A DNA stretch of 63,973 bases, filler included, from Nemertoderma westbladi (GCA_032718475.1; 3 parts of 3 records of this genome joined end to end with filler, not necessarily neighbours in it), one strand, 5' to 3'. Shown: positions 49,401-62,240, counted from the whole stretch's first letter. Notes: generated from the sequence alone by a model not told the origin. Translations and numbers: made by a program.

Positions 49401-52249
49401 GAGGGGAGCGTGGTCAAAGGGGTGAAAGGGGCGAAGTGAGAAGTGACGGTGGGGGTGCTACCGTAAGAATACCTACAGTATTCTTCGTAGTCCTAGCAAG
49501 CCGGAAGAATACCTACAGTTCCGGAGGAAGTACAGCAATGAGATTTTGACGAAAAATCTCACACAGGCGGAGTGCCTTAAATATCTACAAGTCTATACAG
49601 GGGGGCCAGCCTATGACATCGTAAGGCAATACCAAGTAATTGAAGGAGGATTTACAACCGCGTGGAGAGCCTTGGACAGGGAATTTGGCCATCCTGCGAA
49701 GATTATCTGACAAACCTTAAGGGGAATAACATCAGGAGGACTCGAAGATAACCCTGTTAGTATCAAGACCTTCGCTAACAAAGTGGAATAGGTGCTGATA
49801 GTCTTGAAGACTCTAGATACACCATACGAACTTAATGTATCGAATAACATCACAACCATAGTGCCGGCACTACCGATTTGGTTAAGGAACAAATGGAGAT
49901 AGAGCGCTCTCCACTCGAGTGAAGAAGGGTGCAGAGCCAGGGTTGGAGGAGATGTCGAACTTCCTTATCTACGAGGCGGAGTTGATAACGGATCCAGTCT
50001 ATAGTGAGGACAGTCTAGGCAAAGTACCGAAAACGGAATACAGCCGACCTAAACCCGAACATAGTGTGGCGGATGCACTTCCGAAAGTGAGGCAGTCGCT
50101 ACCGCATGCAGCCACACAGGGGACTACAAGTCCACAGAGCCCTGGGAGTGAAGCCACATCGTGGCAGGGACAGAGACAAAATAGCAACAGCAGTAGATAT
50201 AAACCTAACACCCCCAGTAGGCCGAGTCCAAACAACCAAAACATCAAACCGCTAGATATGAATCTAAATGCGATACGTGAAGCGCTATATAAGGAATGCT
50301 ACAATCCCGATTACAAATGCCAATTGCACAGAAGCGGGACACATAAGACCATAAACTGTAAGCATTGGCAGGCGTTACTTAAACAAGACCGAATAGCCTA
50401 CACTGGAAAGAATGGACTATGTCACTGATGCGCGGTAGGAGGGCACAGAAAGGAAGAATGTCAAGAACCACCGATTAAGTATGCCGAGACTGATGGAACT
50501 GGAGGCCAGATGATGGCAACGAGTACCACGGGAATAAGGAGGAAGAGAACAGTACTACTCGGAGTAGTACCAGTGAGGATAATTGGTGAAAACGGACTAT
50601 CGGTTACAACATTAATGTTAGTCGATAGTGGAGCAGCATTAACGCTAACGGAGAGTTGGGTGGCCGAGAAGATAGGATTAAAGACCAGGTCAAGTAAGAT
50701 GGCGGTGACCACGATATCAAGCAAAGACGAGGTCATGAAGATGAGGATGGGATGGTGTGAAATTGGAGCAATAACACCAGGGTGTAACTTTGGGGCTACC
50801 ATCGAACCCATCCAAATAATAGAGTCAATGAACATCAACGCCAGGCAACCTACAAAGATCGAGATCGAGCAATACAAGTGTCTCTCAAAGTCGGCATGGA
50901 CTGTCCAATGGCCCATGGGAGACTGCAAACCATCTTCGGCGATGACAAAGAGCGAGACCCGGTGGCCATTCTCACGCCATTCGGGTGGACGCTCAGTGGC
51001 CCAATAAAGACGAGGATCCTGTTTAGCGTATCCGAATCCTCTGGATGCATGCTGTCCGGTACCGTTGAGGACACAGAGCAGAAGCCAAAGACGGGTGATG
51101 GGGAGGTGCCATATGGGAAGCGGCCTGAGCAGAAGTCAAGGACAGGCGATGGGGAGTACCCATATGAGAAGCCGCCCGGGGAAGGATATCAGGAGTCGGG
51201 GGCGGGTATGGATCTGGAACCACGCATAATGAAAATGGCCAGATGTCATGTCAGTGGGCCAGATGTGGATATGAATCCTACTGATGAAAAGACAACCAAG
51301 GGTAGCATTCAACTACAAAGGGAGGAATTTTATGAAGAGGCGAGTCTCCAGAATGAAGATTTCTGACAGCAGGGGGCATTCTACTACTGAATGCTACCCT
51401 GGCGAGGACGGAAAGATTAAAGCCGTGGAAGTGAGGATCGCAGGAAAGATAGGGGCCAAAGATAGGAAGACCTACAGGAGGGCGGTAGGGAAGTGTTGCC
51501 TATTGGAGGGAGCGCCCTAATTAGTTGAGTTGTCCAATATACTGGACTGATGGGGGTGGGAATGAGGGCGATACGCCCTTCCCACACACAAAATATAAAT
51601 AAAAATAATAAAATAAAAAATAAAATTGAGTAAGCAGTAGTACCAAGGTACAGTTTAGGTAGACATTATGTATGTCTGATGGGTACGGATGTACCAACGT
51701 ACATAATATTTAGGTGTAGGTAGTTATAATTACGTACGTCGGATGGGTATGAATGTACCAACGTACCTAGTTTACATACGCACCAAACATTCCGGGTCAA
51801 TGGGACCAATATCAGTAGAAGGGTACATGGTACCATAGTGAGGATTGGAAGGGTATACATTACGTATGTCTGATGGGCACAATGTACCACTGTACGTAAT
51901 AAATACCAAACATGCCTGGTCAATGGGACCAATAATAATACGTAATACGTACTACAGTGGGCACTGAGGGCCCCATGTGAGGAGTTTAAGGGGGTATGTA
52001 GGCGTAGTAGAATAGACCGTGTAGGCCGAATGAACTAGAGTACTGTAGCGCATAGCCCGTAGTGCAGAGTTAGACCATTGTTACAGAGCCAGAAAGTTGT
52101 CTGGTAGGAAGCTAGTACAAGAATAAGACAATTGTAGCTAGTCTTCTCTGTAGACAAGTAGTGATGAATTACTTACATTGTAGTTGAATAGTAGGTAGGG
52201 TAATAGCACGTTAGTTGAGGTTGGGTAGTGAACACAGCACTGAAAAATC

Positions 52250-52590
52250 ACATACTACTACTACTACTACTAGGTCGAGCGAACTCGGACAGTGGAAATG
52301 AAATCCTTCCAGGCTTCCGATTCTCCATAGTTGTAGCAATTTCGTTTCTCCCAAGTTCAGTATCCCTTTCAAGTTGATCTATATATGTTATGGCCGGTCG
52401 TCCACGGGTACGCTTTCCTTGTGTTGGTTGCCAGAAAAGTAGATCTGGTATGACCTCGTCTTTACTTCGCCAGCAGTGCCCACTGAATCGTAATCTGCGT
52501 TCACGGAGGGTGGTTGATACAGGCGGTATTGTACCATAAAGGTCGGTGTTTGTCATGTATTGTCTCCAGCTGATGTTTGAAATTGGCACA
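52250..52590 (-). mobile_element. RTE-clade 3' fragment with (TAG)n tail, nested in BEL-B
   Basis: RRLRFSGHCWR, GRPAITYIDQL; nearly identical 3' end to 45035-45235. Confidence 0.85.
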
Positions 52591-52712
52591 TAGAGGGGAA
52601 TATTTGTGCGAAACATTGGCAGAACGCAGATAGGAGGTAGGCCAACACTGATTTAGACTAATTAAGACCATACTTAGTCATCTCTTGCCCTACTGAGCCT
52701 TTCTAAGGCACC

Positions 52713-55135
52713 TACTATACTACTACTATGATCGGCATGCTGCATTGCAGCTGCATTTTTAAGAATGCTGTGCCGGCTTGTCAACAAAATTGCACCGCCA
52801 CAACTCCCTATCACCCATGACATTTGCTAGATCATCCGCATCTTCAAGGCCAGTGTCCTTTAAGATGCGTCTCAAGAAAGTCATGGGCTGTCCACCATGC
52901 TTATTCACTCCATGAGGCTGCCAAAGTACAAGATTATGCACTGGCTGGTCCTCACGGCGAAAGCAATGTCCTGCAAAGCGGAGGCGATTTTGTTCTAGTG
53001 TCAAGCTTGGGGGAACCAATGAGACGCCTCCAATGTTATATAGTGTCTGGTTGGAGATGTGTGCATTGTACTTGACACAATGAACCCGGCGTAGCATTCT
53101 TGTGAATGTGCCATCCAGAGATTTGGTGTCCTCAGCAGCTAGAGCCCAGCATGGACTCCCGTAGAGGAGTACTGGAACTACTGCTGCTCTAAATAATCGG
53201 ACCTTAAGTTTCCGATTAATTCTCGGTGACTTCCAAATCCTGGAAAGCCTATTCAAGGCTGCCCATGCCTTTCCCTTACGTATTCGAAGGTCCTCACCTG
53301 ACTTCCGGATCCATGATCCCAGGTAACAGAAGTCGTCCACATGCTCAAGCATACCATCCTTTGAGCTTATGCTCATCCGATCAAAGACTTGCTGAGGACT
53401 TTCAAAGTTAACTGTCAGAATTTTGGTCTTTCTGGAGTTAATAAAAAGACCAACACTAGAAGCAGCATGTTCTAATGAGCTGAGGAGCCGCTGGGCTCCC
53501 TCTAATGATTCTGAGAGTACTCCTAAGTCATCAGCAAAGTCTAGATCAGTTAGGTACTTGGCAGGATTTCCTCGACTTCTGGAGCCAGTAGGTGGAGTTA
53601 TCATCACCCCATCATCATTATGATGATCTAAGGACATGCGTAGAACATAGTCAACCACAATAATGAACAAGAATGGTGCAAGTGTGTCTCCTTGGAGGAC
53701 GCCCCATAACACTTCAAATGGTTCTGTGTCACCGTCAACAGTAGACACAAATGTTGTCGAACCATCGTATACTGATCTGATTGCTGCAATAATTTCATCA
53801 GGAATCCCATATAATGAAAGTATGCTGAACATACGTGAGCGAGAGACTGAATCAAAGGCCTTGAAGAAGTCAACAAAGATAACAGCCAGATGCCTGTCTT
53901 TCTTTTTTGATAACTCTTCAATTATCCTTCTAAGTGCCAAAATGGGCTCCATGGTCCCACGACCTTTACGGAACCCATTCTGATTTCCACGGAGCAGTCT
54001 CTCAATGGGATCCCTGATGCGATTTAATAGAATCCTATTGTATAGCTTTGCAGCAATCGAGATCAATGAGATTCCCCGAAAAGAACCATAGAGTGTTAGG
54101 TTGCCCTTCTTGGGAACTGGCACCAACTTATTTGTTTTCATTTCTTGTGGGACTCTTGTAGTTCGGTACATGTAACCCTTTAAACACTCAGGTATTTTAA
54201 AGACCTCAGGGGGAACACCATCTACTCCACTGGCACGATTGGTCTTAATGCTCTTTGCAGCAGCCTTCACTTCTGCAAAGGAGATATCGCCAATGGGAAT
54301 ATCTGGGAGTACAGACTCAGACACTTTTACTTCTATAAAGTTATCAGGCAATACCCTGTCATTATTGAGGAGCTTTTCAAAGTGGGCTTCCCAACCATTG
54401 AGGCGATCGGCTGGTGATTCAGCCTTAACCTTGGTGGTTGGTTGGCTTTTCCGCCCAGTAAGCAGATTGATCGATTTCCATGCCTGGGATGATTGCCTGC
54501 TGTCGTCAGCATCATTGATAGCATCAACCTGTTGGTTTATTAGCTCCTGTAGATTAGCAGAGTACTGCCTGTTCAGGGACCTAGATGCAGCCTTAACTGC
54601 ATTCTTGGCCGCTGTAGTCTGTTTGAGTCGGGACTCTTTCTGCGCCTTATGAAGATCATTTCGGCACTTCTGAATTTTGTTGTCAGTCCAGGGGGCCCTT
54701 TTCCTGTTTCGAGGGTATACAGGAACTGTTTCTGCAGCTGCTAACTTAACTGCTTCTGTAAAGGCAGTATAGCCCTCACAGTGATCTGCCGCCTCAGAGG
54801 CAAGAGCCTCATACCTGTTGCTCAGCTGTAGTGTGAAGCTGGATCTCACACTTGGCTGTTGCAACAGAGAGGACCAGTCATGCCGCGGCCTAGCAGATTT
54901 CGTTGTTCTGCTAGCACGCAGACTAAGTCTTACCTTGGCCACAATAAGGCGGTGATCACTGGAGAAGGGTCGAAGTGTAAATGCATTACAGTCTTGTATA
55001 GAGCTCCTGTATTTCCTACGAAACAGAATATGGTCTATCTGGGACTTGTGACCACTGGGTCCACTATGAGTCCATAGCTTTCCAGTTCGCTTCTTGAACT
55101 GGGTTCCAGCCGAAAACAATCCATTTCCATTTCTA
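52713..55135 (-). mobile_element. 5'-truncated RTE-clade LINE (ORF 52759-55119, partial APE + RT), nested in BEL-B
   Basis: QIDHIL, SDHRL, QNGFR, FVDFFKAFDSV, GVLQGDTLAPFLF, LDFADDL, YLGSWI, RLRFAGHC. Confidence 0.93.
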
Positions 55136-55195
55136 AGGCACCACCAGTCTGGTGAAAGAGGAGAATCGTAATGGCGGAGAAGCTAGAGGAAAAGT

Positions 55196-55790
55196 TTGTC
55201 GTATTCTGTGGAGATGGGCAGATATATGGTCCTGGATGACATGGGCACAGTAGAGGATGATGGTGGGACAAGAAAGGGGTCAGGAGGGTCGAGTATAACT
55301 ATATTGCTGCATTTAGTGGCGCTGAACGGAAATATTTTTCTGTTTGACCTAGCGAACTATGGTAAGAAGAGCGGGCCAAAGTTGAACCGCCTAACGGATG
55401 CAATGCAGAAGCTAGTAAGGTCAAAGACTACGATCGAAATTGGATCGGCGATATGCGACGATGCAGAGAGGATTATTGGACCGGGCACCCCGAATCTTCT
55501 GGACATGCAGGTAGTCTATATGGCTATTACAAAACCGGATGGATTATGATTGGTGGATAACACGGGACAATAGGGAGCCGTGGCAATGGGTCAGTTGATG
55601 GAATCCCTAGCCACAAGCCGATGGAGTGGAACAAGTTCCAAGAGGAATACGGGGTGGGACTTACGAATTCACTCAAGTGGGTGGCGAGATGGGGGAGAGA
55701 CGAGTTATATCACTTCCGAAAGGGGGCGATAAAGACACGTCGTATAGACGAATATATAATATACGTACTATAGTCAGATATAACCTTTTC
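55196..55790 (+). pseudogene. DEDDy (RNase D/WRN/EXD-like) 3'-5' exonuclease relic; extra ORF of BEL-B
   Basis: Motif order YMVLD..., ILLHLVALNGNIFLFDL, MQKLVRSKTTIEIGSAICDD, NLLDMQ parallels LLQLA...FLFDL / LKxLLxxxxIxKVGxxIxxD / NxxDLQ; stops and frameshifts downstream. Confidence 0.65.
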
Positions 55791-57254
55791 CAATTAGCTA
55801 CTGGGACTGGGGACTAATTGACTGAAACAGGAGGGCGGGACAATAACGGATCTCACTGACATGGTGCACACATGCGTGAGGCCCGATAAGAGTGTGTGGT
55901 GGAGAGTGACAACGAAAAGGGGTTGAGTATGGGAGAAGCGTAGGGGGGGAAGTGCTAGGACCTGGGGGAAAGTAAAGAGTGCGAGGTCCAAGTGTGGGGA
56001 GCGAGCATAGAGGGGGATGAGTCCTATGGGACTAGTGAGCGAGAAGAACGGAGAATAGAGTCCGAGACATAAAATTGTGGGAGCAGTGAGGGCAATCGTC
56101 TAAAATAGAGACGCCAGATGCCTTGGTACAGCTTAGCTCGCAGATGTACCAAGGCTGGGCAGTGAAAACAGACAAAGGAGGGCCAGCCTGGAAAGTTGGC
56201 CCCGAGAAGAGAATTCCACCCCACATCCAATACTAGGTTGGATTCCAGCGGAATTGGAGCGCACTTAAGGTTGATGCTATCTTCTCACCGGGAAGATAGC
56301 ATGGGGGGGGGGGGGAGTGTAAGAGGAAACCATTTCCCTGCACTACCCAGCGGAAAATGGGGAAAGTGGCTTTTTACCAATTATAGTTGGCCGGGTGACA
56401 TTGGCGATATAATGTCACCTAATAACCAACGGCAATACACATTGCCAGCCACAAGCAGAGATAATAGGCTACAAGCCATCTCAGGGGCACAAAGGGAACA
56501 AGGAGTGCCAAACGAAGGGAGAATAGGTTAGCCAATGATGGGGCAGAACACCATCTGATTGGGGTGCATTCATTAGCCAGGCCACGTAACAGTAGGAATA
56601 TTCCATGTGTGTTAGTAATATAACCGTTGCATTTATTACCTATAGTTCAGTTGGTTTGTGTAGAGCTGTGGAAACAAGACGGTTTTAACCGTCGTCGTCA
56701 TTAACCGTGCTATTATTATATTCTGATTGTGCTATTATTGTATTCTGACATTACTAACAACTGCCACTAAAACTCAGTTATTCAACCGGCCTTCGGCCTT
56801 TCAAACTCAGATACCATCAGCCTTTCAGCAGCCTACGGACGCGGTGACGCGTATAACCCAAAAGCAAACACACACCGGTCGGGATTCCCTCGCCAACTCG
56901 GGGATCCCGCCACATTGTTAGACGAACGAACGTTAGTGAGTGAGTGAGTGAAAATAAAGCCACGAGGATCAGAACACTGTAAAGTACTTTGCAACAAGTA
57001 TGTATGTAGTTTTATTCCAAAATTTTAACATTACGAAATGATTGTATATATATTATAAGTGATAGAAACTGCACAAATTAAATTAGTTGCTGTACAAATA
57101 AATGTAAAAATGACATAAATTATGTTATAAATAAGTTAGCTTATATTTATGGTGGCGTTTGGAGCCATGTTATAATAATATAGCTAGGCCCTACTGGTTA
57201 TTAATAGCTATACCCCGCCTACCGGTAGGTAATGCAGAAGGCCTATCTGGCTGT

Positions 57255-57758
57255 TAGGCAAATTTCCACCTATTGTTTACGTGGTATCCAATGACGGCGT
57301 AGGCAAATTTCCACCTATTGTTTACGTGGTATCCAAAGACGGCGTTAAGTAATGAGCCCTTGGTGGACATTACTTAACGCCGTCCTGTGTTACCACGTAA
57401 ACAATAACACCAAATACAATACTAAATGTACAAGCCAATACAATGCTGTAATGTAATCTAAAGTTGTAAAGTGCTAAATAACAACTCGCTGTTAATACTA
57501 ACGGCGTTGAGTAATGTTACAATTTTGGGATAAAAACAATAAAAACATTCGAATTTGGTTGGGAGATAGCTGAGATATGGGCATTCGAATGTTGCATGTA
57601 TTTGCTTCCCCTGCAGGCCATTTATTCTATTTGATAAATGTACCATATTCTAGAACATTTTGTTTATTCCATACGTAGCTGGGCAACAATGCAATACCTC
57701 TTTAATTATACTATTACGGAGCTATTCATAAATAAACAAAATGTTCTAGAATATGGTA
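57255..57758. repeat. Direct and inverted (foldback) repeats inside the TIR element
   Basis: GACGGCGTTAAGTAATG/CATTACTTAACGCCGTC; TACCATATTCTAGAACATTTTGTTTATT and its inverse. Confidence 0.7.
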
Positions 57759-58330
57759 TTTTTATTTAATAGAATAAAATAGCCTCATGCAGATGCAAAA
57801 CCTTGGAACTTTTGTACGCTCATATCTCAGCTAGTTTTCAACAAAATTCAGATTATGTTACATATTTGGAATCCTCACATGGCCAGCTATCCATCAGTCC
57901 CAACAAATCACTATAAGGTTGAAGAATAACTGGAGTGTAACTGGTGAAATATCACCGGAGACACCTTTTTTAACCTTTTGTACCTACGACACTATATTCC
58001 AGGACATGGTGTAGATAGTTAATTAGTTAGATTATTCATTATTAACCATATAAATTACTAATTTTCCGAAACAAACCTGATGTCCACTTTCCGGTAATCA
58101 TGGGCGATCGAAGCGAGGAATTAAACACATCATTAATAGTTAGTCGAGTTGGTTCTTTTGGCACTGAAAACGAAAGTAAATTAAAATGATAAGTATGTAA
58201 TTCAATTCAATTCAATTGCTTATTTCTTTCAGAGCCTGTTCATATAATATTACAATAATTGCACATATGTGGGGTTTGATATGCTATAATATAATAGCAT
58301 ATACGATTTGGGGATTCAGTAATTGTAAGT

Positions 58331-58430
58331 NNNNNNNNNNNNNNNNNNNNNNNNNNNNNNNNNNNNNNNNNNNNTTAATTAATTAANNNNNNNNNNNNNN
58401 NNNNNNNNNNNNNNNNNNNNNNNNNNNNNN
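58331..58430. other. Artificial contig linker (N44-TTAATTAATTAA-N44)
   Basis: 100-bp spacer with a six-frame stop cassette. Confidence 0.97.
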
Positions 58431-58830
58431 AACTATCAGACATCGCCATAGAAGTGGGGTCAATGACCTCAACTAGAGCAACCTCGTATATGAAATTCAA
58501 CCCAGAACTGACAGTTCATCCCATATTCAAGCTGAACGAAGAACGTTTATCTTCACACCGATTGAAGGTTGAGTTAGGGAGATGGAACCGCCCATCGAGG
58601 CCACATGATGACCGGCTATGTAGCTGTCGTCGTGTCGTCAAGCCCGTCAAGTTGTAGAGAATGAGAATCATCTTCTTTTCCATTGTAGTGTGGCTGATAG
58701 ATTTGAAATTCGATTGAAATTCTCAGGTCTACCTAACAATATTTTGGACTTGATATCCAATAGTGAGCCCAGCCCAGCCCAGGAATATTAAAAAGAAAGC
58801 AGAATTAATATATTTATTTCTAAAACAACT
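58431..58830 (+). mobile_element. LINE ORF2 C-terminal remnant (CCHC region)
   Basis: RLSSHRLKVELGRW...RLCSC then ENENHLLFHC after a frameshift. Confidence 0.7.
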
Positions 58831-58849
58831 CGGTAACATCCTCGTGTCG

Positions 58850-58976
58850 ATTTATTGTGCTATTTATTTCTACATTATATTTCCTATTTATTTATTGTGC
58901 TATTTATTTCTACATTATATTTCCTATTTATTTATTGTGCTATTTATTTCTACATTATATTTCCTATTTATTTATT
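58850..58976 (+). repeat. 40-bp tandem repeat, three copies
   Basis: Unit TTTATTGTGCTATTTATTTCTACATTATATTTCCTATTTA. Confidence 0.85.
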
Positions 58977-59084
58977 GGCTATCTAATTAATTAATTACCT
59001 GGTTATAAAGCATTATTATTAGTGAGATCAAATTATAGGACAGGAGAAGCCTGTCAACTAGCTAACTATTGTATAAAATACAAG

Positions 59085-59169
59085 GCGTGATTGTGGGGCG
59101 AGCCACGAAGTTGGCGGAGCCTTAGCGAATTGACACTGTTAGGGGGTGGGTCAATTTATGCAAATAGTT

Positions 59170-59246
<77 letters not shown>

Positions 59247-60390
59247 TACGATTTTGACATGCTAATAACTTTGTCGGATTTAAAGCTGCCAAGTTGAAAA
59301 TTTGTAGGTATCAATATGAGCAAAAGTTGAGATTTTTGAGAGACTTTCAGATACCATCAGTGCAATGGTCTCCCGCTAGAGGGCCACATGTCTAAACATT
59401 AAATGCCCTCCCATTTCTTTGCTTTTAATCCGTTTAAGCTGAAACTTGGCAGATATGTATTAGACCATTAGCTGTGACTTTCAAAGGAGGCGAATCCATC
59501 TGCAGTTCTCCAGTCTGCCGCTAGAGGGCCAAAGGTCTGAAAGTGAAATCGTTGTCGTCGTTACGATTTTGACATGCTAATAACTTTGTCGGATTTAAAG
59601 CTGCCAAGTTGAAAATTTGTAGGTATCAATATGAGCAAAAGTTGAGATTTTTGAGAGACTTTCAGACACCATCAGTGCAATGGTCTCCCGCTAGAGGGCC
59701 ACATGTCTAAACATTAAATGCCCTCCCATTTCTTTGCTTTTAATCCGTTTAAGATGAAACTTGGCAGATATGTATTAGACCATTAGCTGTGACTTTCAAA
59801 GGAGGCGAATCCATCTGCAGTTCTCCAGTCTGCCGCTAGAGGGCCAAAGGTCTGAAAGTGAAATCGTTGTCGTCGTTACGATTTTGACATGCTAATAACT
59901 TTGTCGGATTTAAAGCTGCCAAGTTGAAAATTTGTAGGTATCAATATGAGCTAAAGTTGAGACGTTTGAGAGACTTTCAGACACCATCAGAGCAATAGTC
60001 TCCTGCTAGAGGGCCACATGTCTAAACGTTAAATGTCCTCCCATTTCTTTGCTTTTAATCCATTTATGCTGAAATTTGGCAGATATGTACTAGACCATTA
60101 GCTGTGACTTTGAAAGAAGGAATTGAATTGAATTGAATTGAAGGCTAATCCGTGTGCAGTTCTTCAGTCTGCCGCTAGAGGGCTAAATGTTTGAAAGTGA
60201 AATCTTTCTCCCATCTCGTTATTTATGATCCGTTCAAGCTGAAACGTAGCAGATATGTAGTAGAAGTCGGCCTGAGTCTTTGGTGGGCAGTAAACGGTCT
60301 GGAGTCCTCCAGTCTGCCGCTAGAGGGCGAAATGTATAACTAAGTATAATTGAGTCACGTGCTGCGCGAAGGCCCCACTTCGTGTATACT
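59085..60390 (+). mobile_element. Helentron-associated (HINE/DINE-1-like) element with (GTC)n and 315-bp core tandem repeats
   Basis: Subterminal inverted motif CACGAAGT/ACTTCGTG, (GTC)n at 59170-59245, core units phased at 59246, 59561 and 59876; family call is from architecture only. Confidence 0.6.
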
Positions 60391-60571
60391 ATGTATGTAG
60401 AACACTACTATTACTGTATCGGCCTATCAGGTGTCGAGTCCACACTCAACGCATATAATCGATGTAGGGCCACTTAAAGACATAAATAATCCACAATCGT
60501 TAGGCTGTTTAGGTCTCGTTTGTGTAACGGCAACATATTATATTTTTGTTGGTTATTTATTATTATATATT

Positions 60572-60822
60572 TATACAGATAGGGGGGGAAACTGGACGCA
60601 ATAAAAATTCATCCCTCTCCAGGGGAAATTCGACGCAAATGACAGCTGATTACTTTCAAAAATAAAACTATAACATGTTCTAATGTGTTTAGTTTATTGT
60701 TTTGGTTAAAATAACGTGCTACTGTAACCTGCTCCTTTCCCTAAATTGAGAATTTAACATTGAGGCGGGATATTAATTCGCCAAGGCGGGTTTTGCGTCC
60801 AGTTGCCCCCCCTGTCTCTATA
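60572..60822. mobile_element. MITE with ~30-bp TIRs; related partial copies at 1-170 and 62850-62920
   Basis: TATACAGATAGGGGGGGAAACTGGACGCAA / TTGCGTCCAGTTGCCCCCCCTGTCTCTATA; shared internal GAGTAATCAGCTGT...TTGCGTCGA. Confidence 0.75.
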
Positions 60823-61040
60823 TTTAGTCTCATATATACTATTTTATTTTGTTGGCGTAATGTCTGATTTGCGTAACTTCCTGTTTGCTACTTCTTGTTG
60901 CTGTTATCACATTTTTTAACATTCGGTTGTTATCGCAATCGCAACCGATCTTTCTCTAAAAAATAAAAGTCAGTCAGTTTTAAAAACTGGTACCGTACTG
61001 TTGTAAGTCAATAAGTTGATTCTGTATTCTGGTATTGGCA

Positions 61041-62240
61041 ATGTTTCTCTCTAAGCAAGCGGTTTACGTTGTGGCCGCGAAACGGACTCCTTTCGGTGCG
61101 TTCTGTGGAACATTAAAGAATCACACCGCTACGGACCTGCAAGAAACGGCCTGTAGAGCCGCGCTCGCCGCTGGTAACGTAGACCCTGCCGCTGTAGACA
61201 GCGTCACTATAGGGAATGTAGGCCAATCGTCCCGGGATGCGATCTACATCGCTCGCCATGTGGGACTCCGGCTGGGGTGCCGCGTCGAGGTCCCGGCCCT
61301 GACCGTGAACCGGCTGTGCGGCTCGGGGTTCCAGGCCCTAGTGACCGGGGCCCACGACCTACTGGCAGAGGACGCCGACGTCGCGCTCACCGGGGGCACC
61401 GAGAACATGACGCAGTTCCCTCACGTGGTGCGCAGCGCGCGACTCGGGTTGAAGTTCGGGGAGACGACCGAGTTGGAGGATTCCTTGTGGACCGGCGTTC
61501 ACGACGCCCACGTCAACATGCCGATGGCGATAACCGCGGAGAATCTCGCGGTTAAGTACGGGATAACTCGCGAGCAGTGCGACGAGTTCGCGTTGGCGAG
61601 TCAGCGGAACTGGGCGGCGGCCGACGAGTCGGGGGGGTTGGCTGACGAGTTGGCGTCCGTTGGGATCCGCTCGCGACGCGGCGAGACGAGTTTCACCAAG
61701 GACGAGCACCCGCGAGTCGACGTTACCCCGGCCGCGCTCGCTAAGTTACCGCCGGTATTCAAGAAGGACGGCGTCGTAACCGCGGGTAACGCCAGCGGGA
61801 TCTGCGACGGGGCGGCGTCCGTTGTTATAGCGAGTGAGTCGGCGGTTTCGCGATTATCGCTGACGCCGTTAGCCCGAGTTGTCGGCTACTTCGTGGCGGG
61901 CTGCGACCCGACTATCATGGGAATCGGGCCGGTTCCCGCGATACGGGGAGCCCTCCAGCGGTGCGGCTTGGAACTGGGGAGCATGGACCTTGTAGAGGTG
62001 AACGAGGCGTTCGCAGCGCAGACGCTAGCCGTCGCCAAGGAGTTGGATATCAACGAGACGCGACTCAACGCGTGCGGCGGCGCCATCGCTATGGGACACC
62101 CCCTAGCGGCGAGCGGTAGTCGTATAATCGCCCATCTGGTCCACCAACTGCGACGGAAGTCCTTGCGATACGGGCTGGGTTCCGCTTGTATTGGGGGCGG
62201 CCAGGGAATAGCCGTGGTGCTGGAGAACACCTCAGTGTAA
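61041..62240 (+). CDS. ACAA2: Mitochondrial 3-ketoacyl-CoA thiolase; single coding exon
   Basis: AAKRTPFGAF, NRLCGSGFQ, TAENLA, TAGNASGICDGA, EVNEAFA, GHPLAASG, SACIGGGQG; ATG at 61041. Confidence 0.93.
   Translation: MFLSKQAVYVVAAKRTPFGAFCGTLKNHTATDLQETACRAALAAGNVDPAAVDSVTIGNVGQSSRDAIYIARHVGLRLGCRVEVPALTVNRLCGSGFQALVTGAHDLLAEDADVALTGGTENMTQFPHVVRSARLGLKFGETTELEDSLWTGVHDAHVNMPMAITAENLAVKYGITREQCDEFALASQRNWAAADESGGLADELASVGIRSRRGETSFTKDEHPRVDVTPAALAKLPPVFKKDGVVTAGNASGICDGAASVVIASESAVSRLSLTPLARVVGYFVAGCDPTIMGIGPVPAIRGALQRCGLELGSMDLVEVNEAFAAQTLAVAKELDINETRLNACGGAIAMGHPLAASGSRIIAHLVHQLRRKSLRYGLGSACIGGGQGIAVVLENTSV

Larger units (their letters stand above)
47237..56914 (+). mobile_element. BEL-B: degenerate BEL/Pao LTR retrotransposon (5' LTR 47237-~47775, 3'-truncated; 3' LTR 56318-56914; TSD TTGTT)
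   Basis: Near-identical LTRs and 5-bp TSD; gag relics (AWRALDREFGHP, CQLHRSGTHKTINC), protease LVDSGA, TPFGWTLSGP, integrase tail YPGEDGKIKAVEV...YRRAVGKCCLLE; RT/RH/IN core absent. Confidence 0.92.
46867..58011. mobile_element. TA-flanked non-autonomous TIR transposon hosting BEL-B
   Basis: TIR CACCATGTCCTGGAATATAGT at both ends, TA flanks, second inverted block AAAAAGGTGTCTCCGGTGATATTTCAC (~47053 / ~57942). Confidence 0.85.

Noticed and set aside
59091-59297. Poly-Arg ORF
   Set aside because: (GTC)n microsatellite
61041-62240. Bacterial origin of the GC-rich intronless thiolase
   Set aside because: Residues (AAKRTPFGAF, ARHVGLR, NRLCGSGFQ, MAITAENLA) fit animal ACAA2; flanks are AT-rich host repeats
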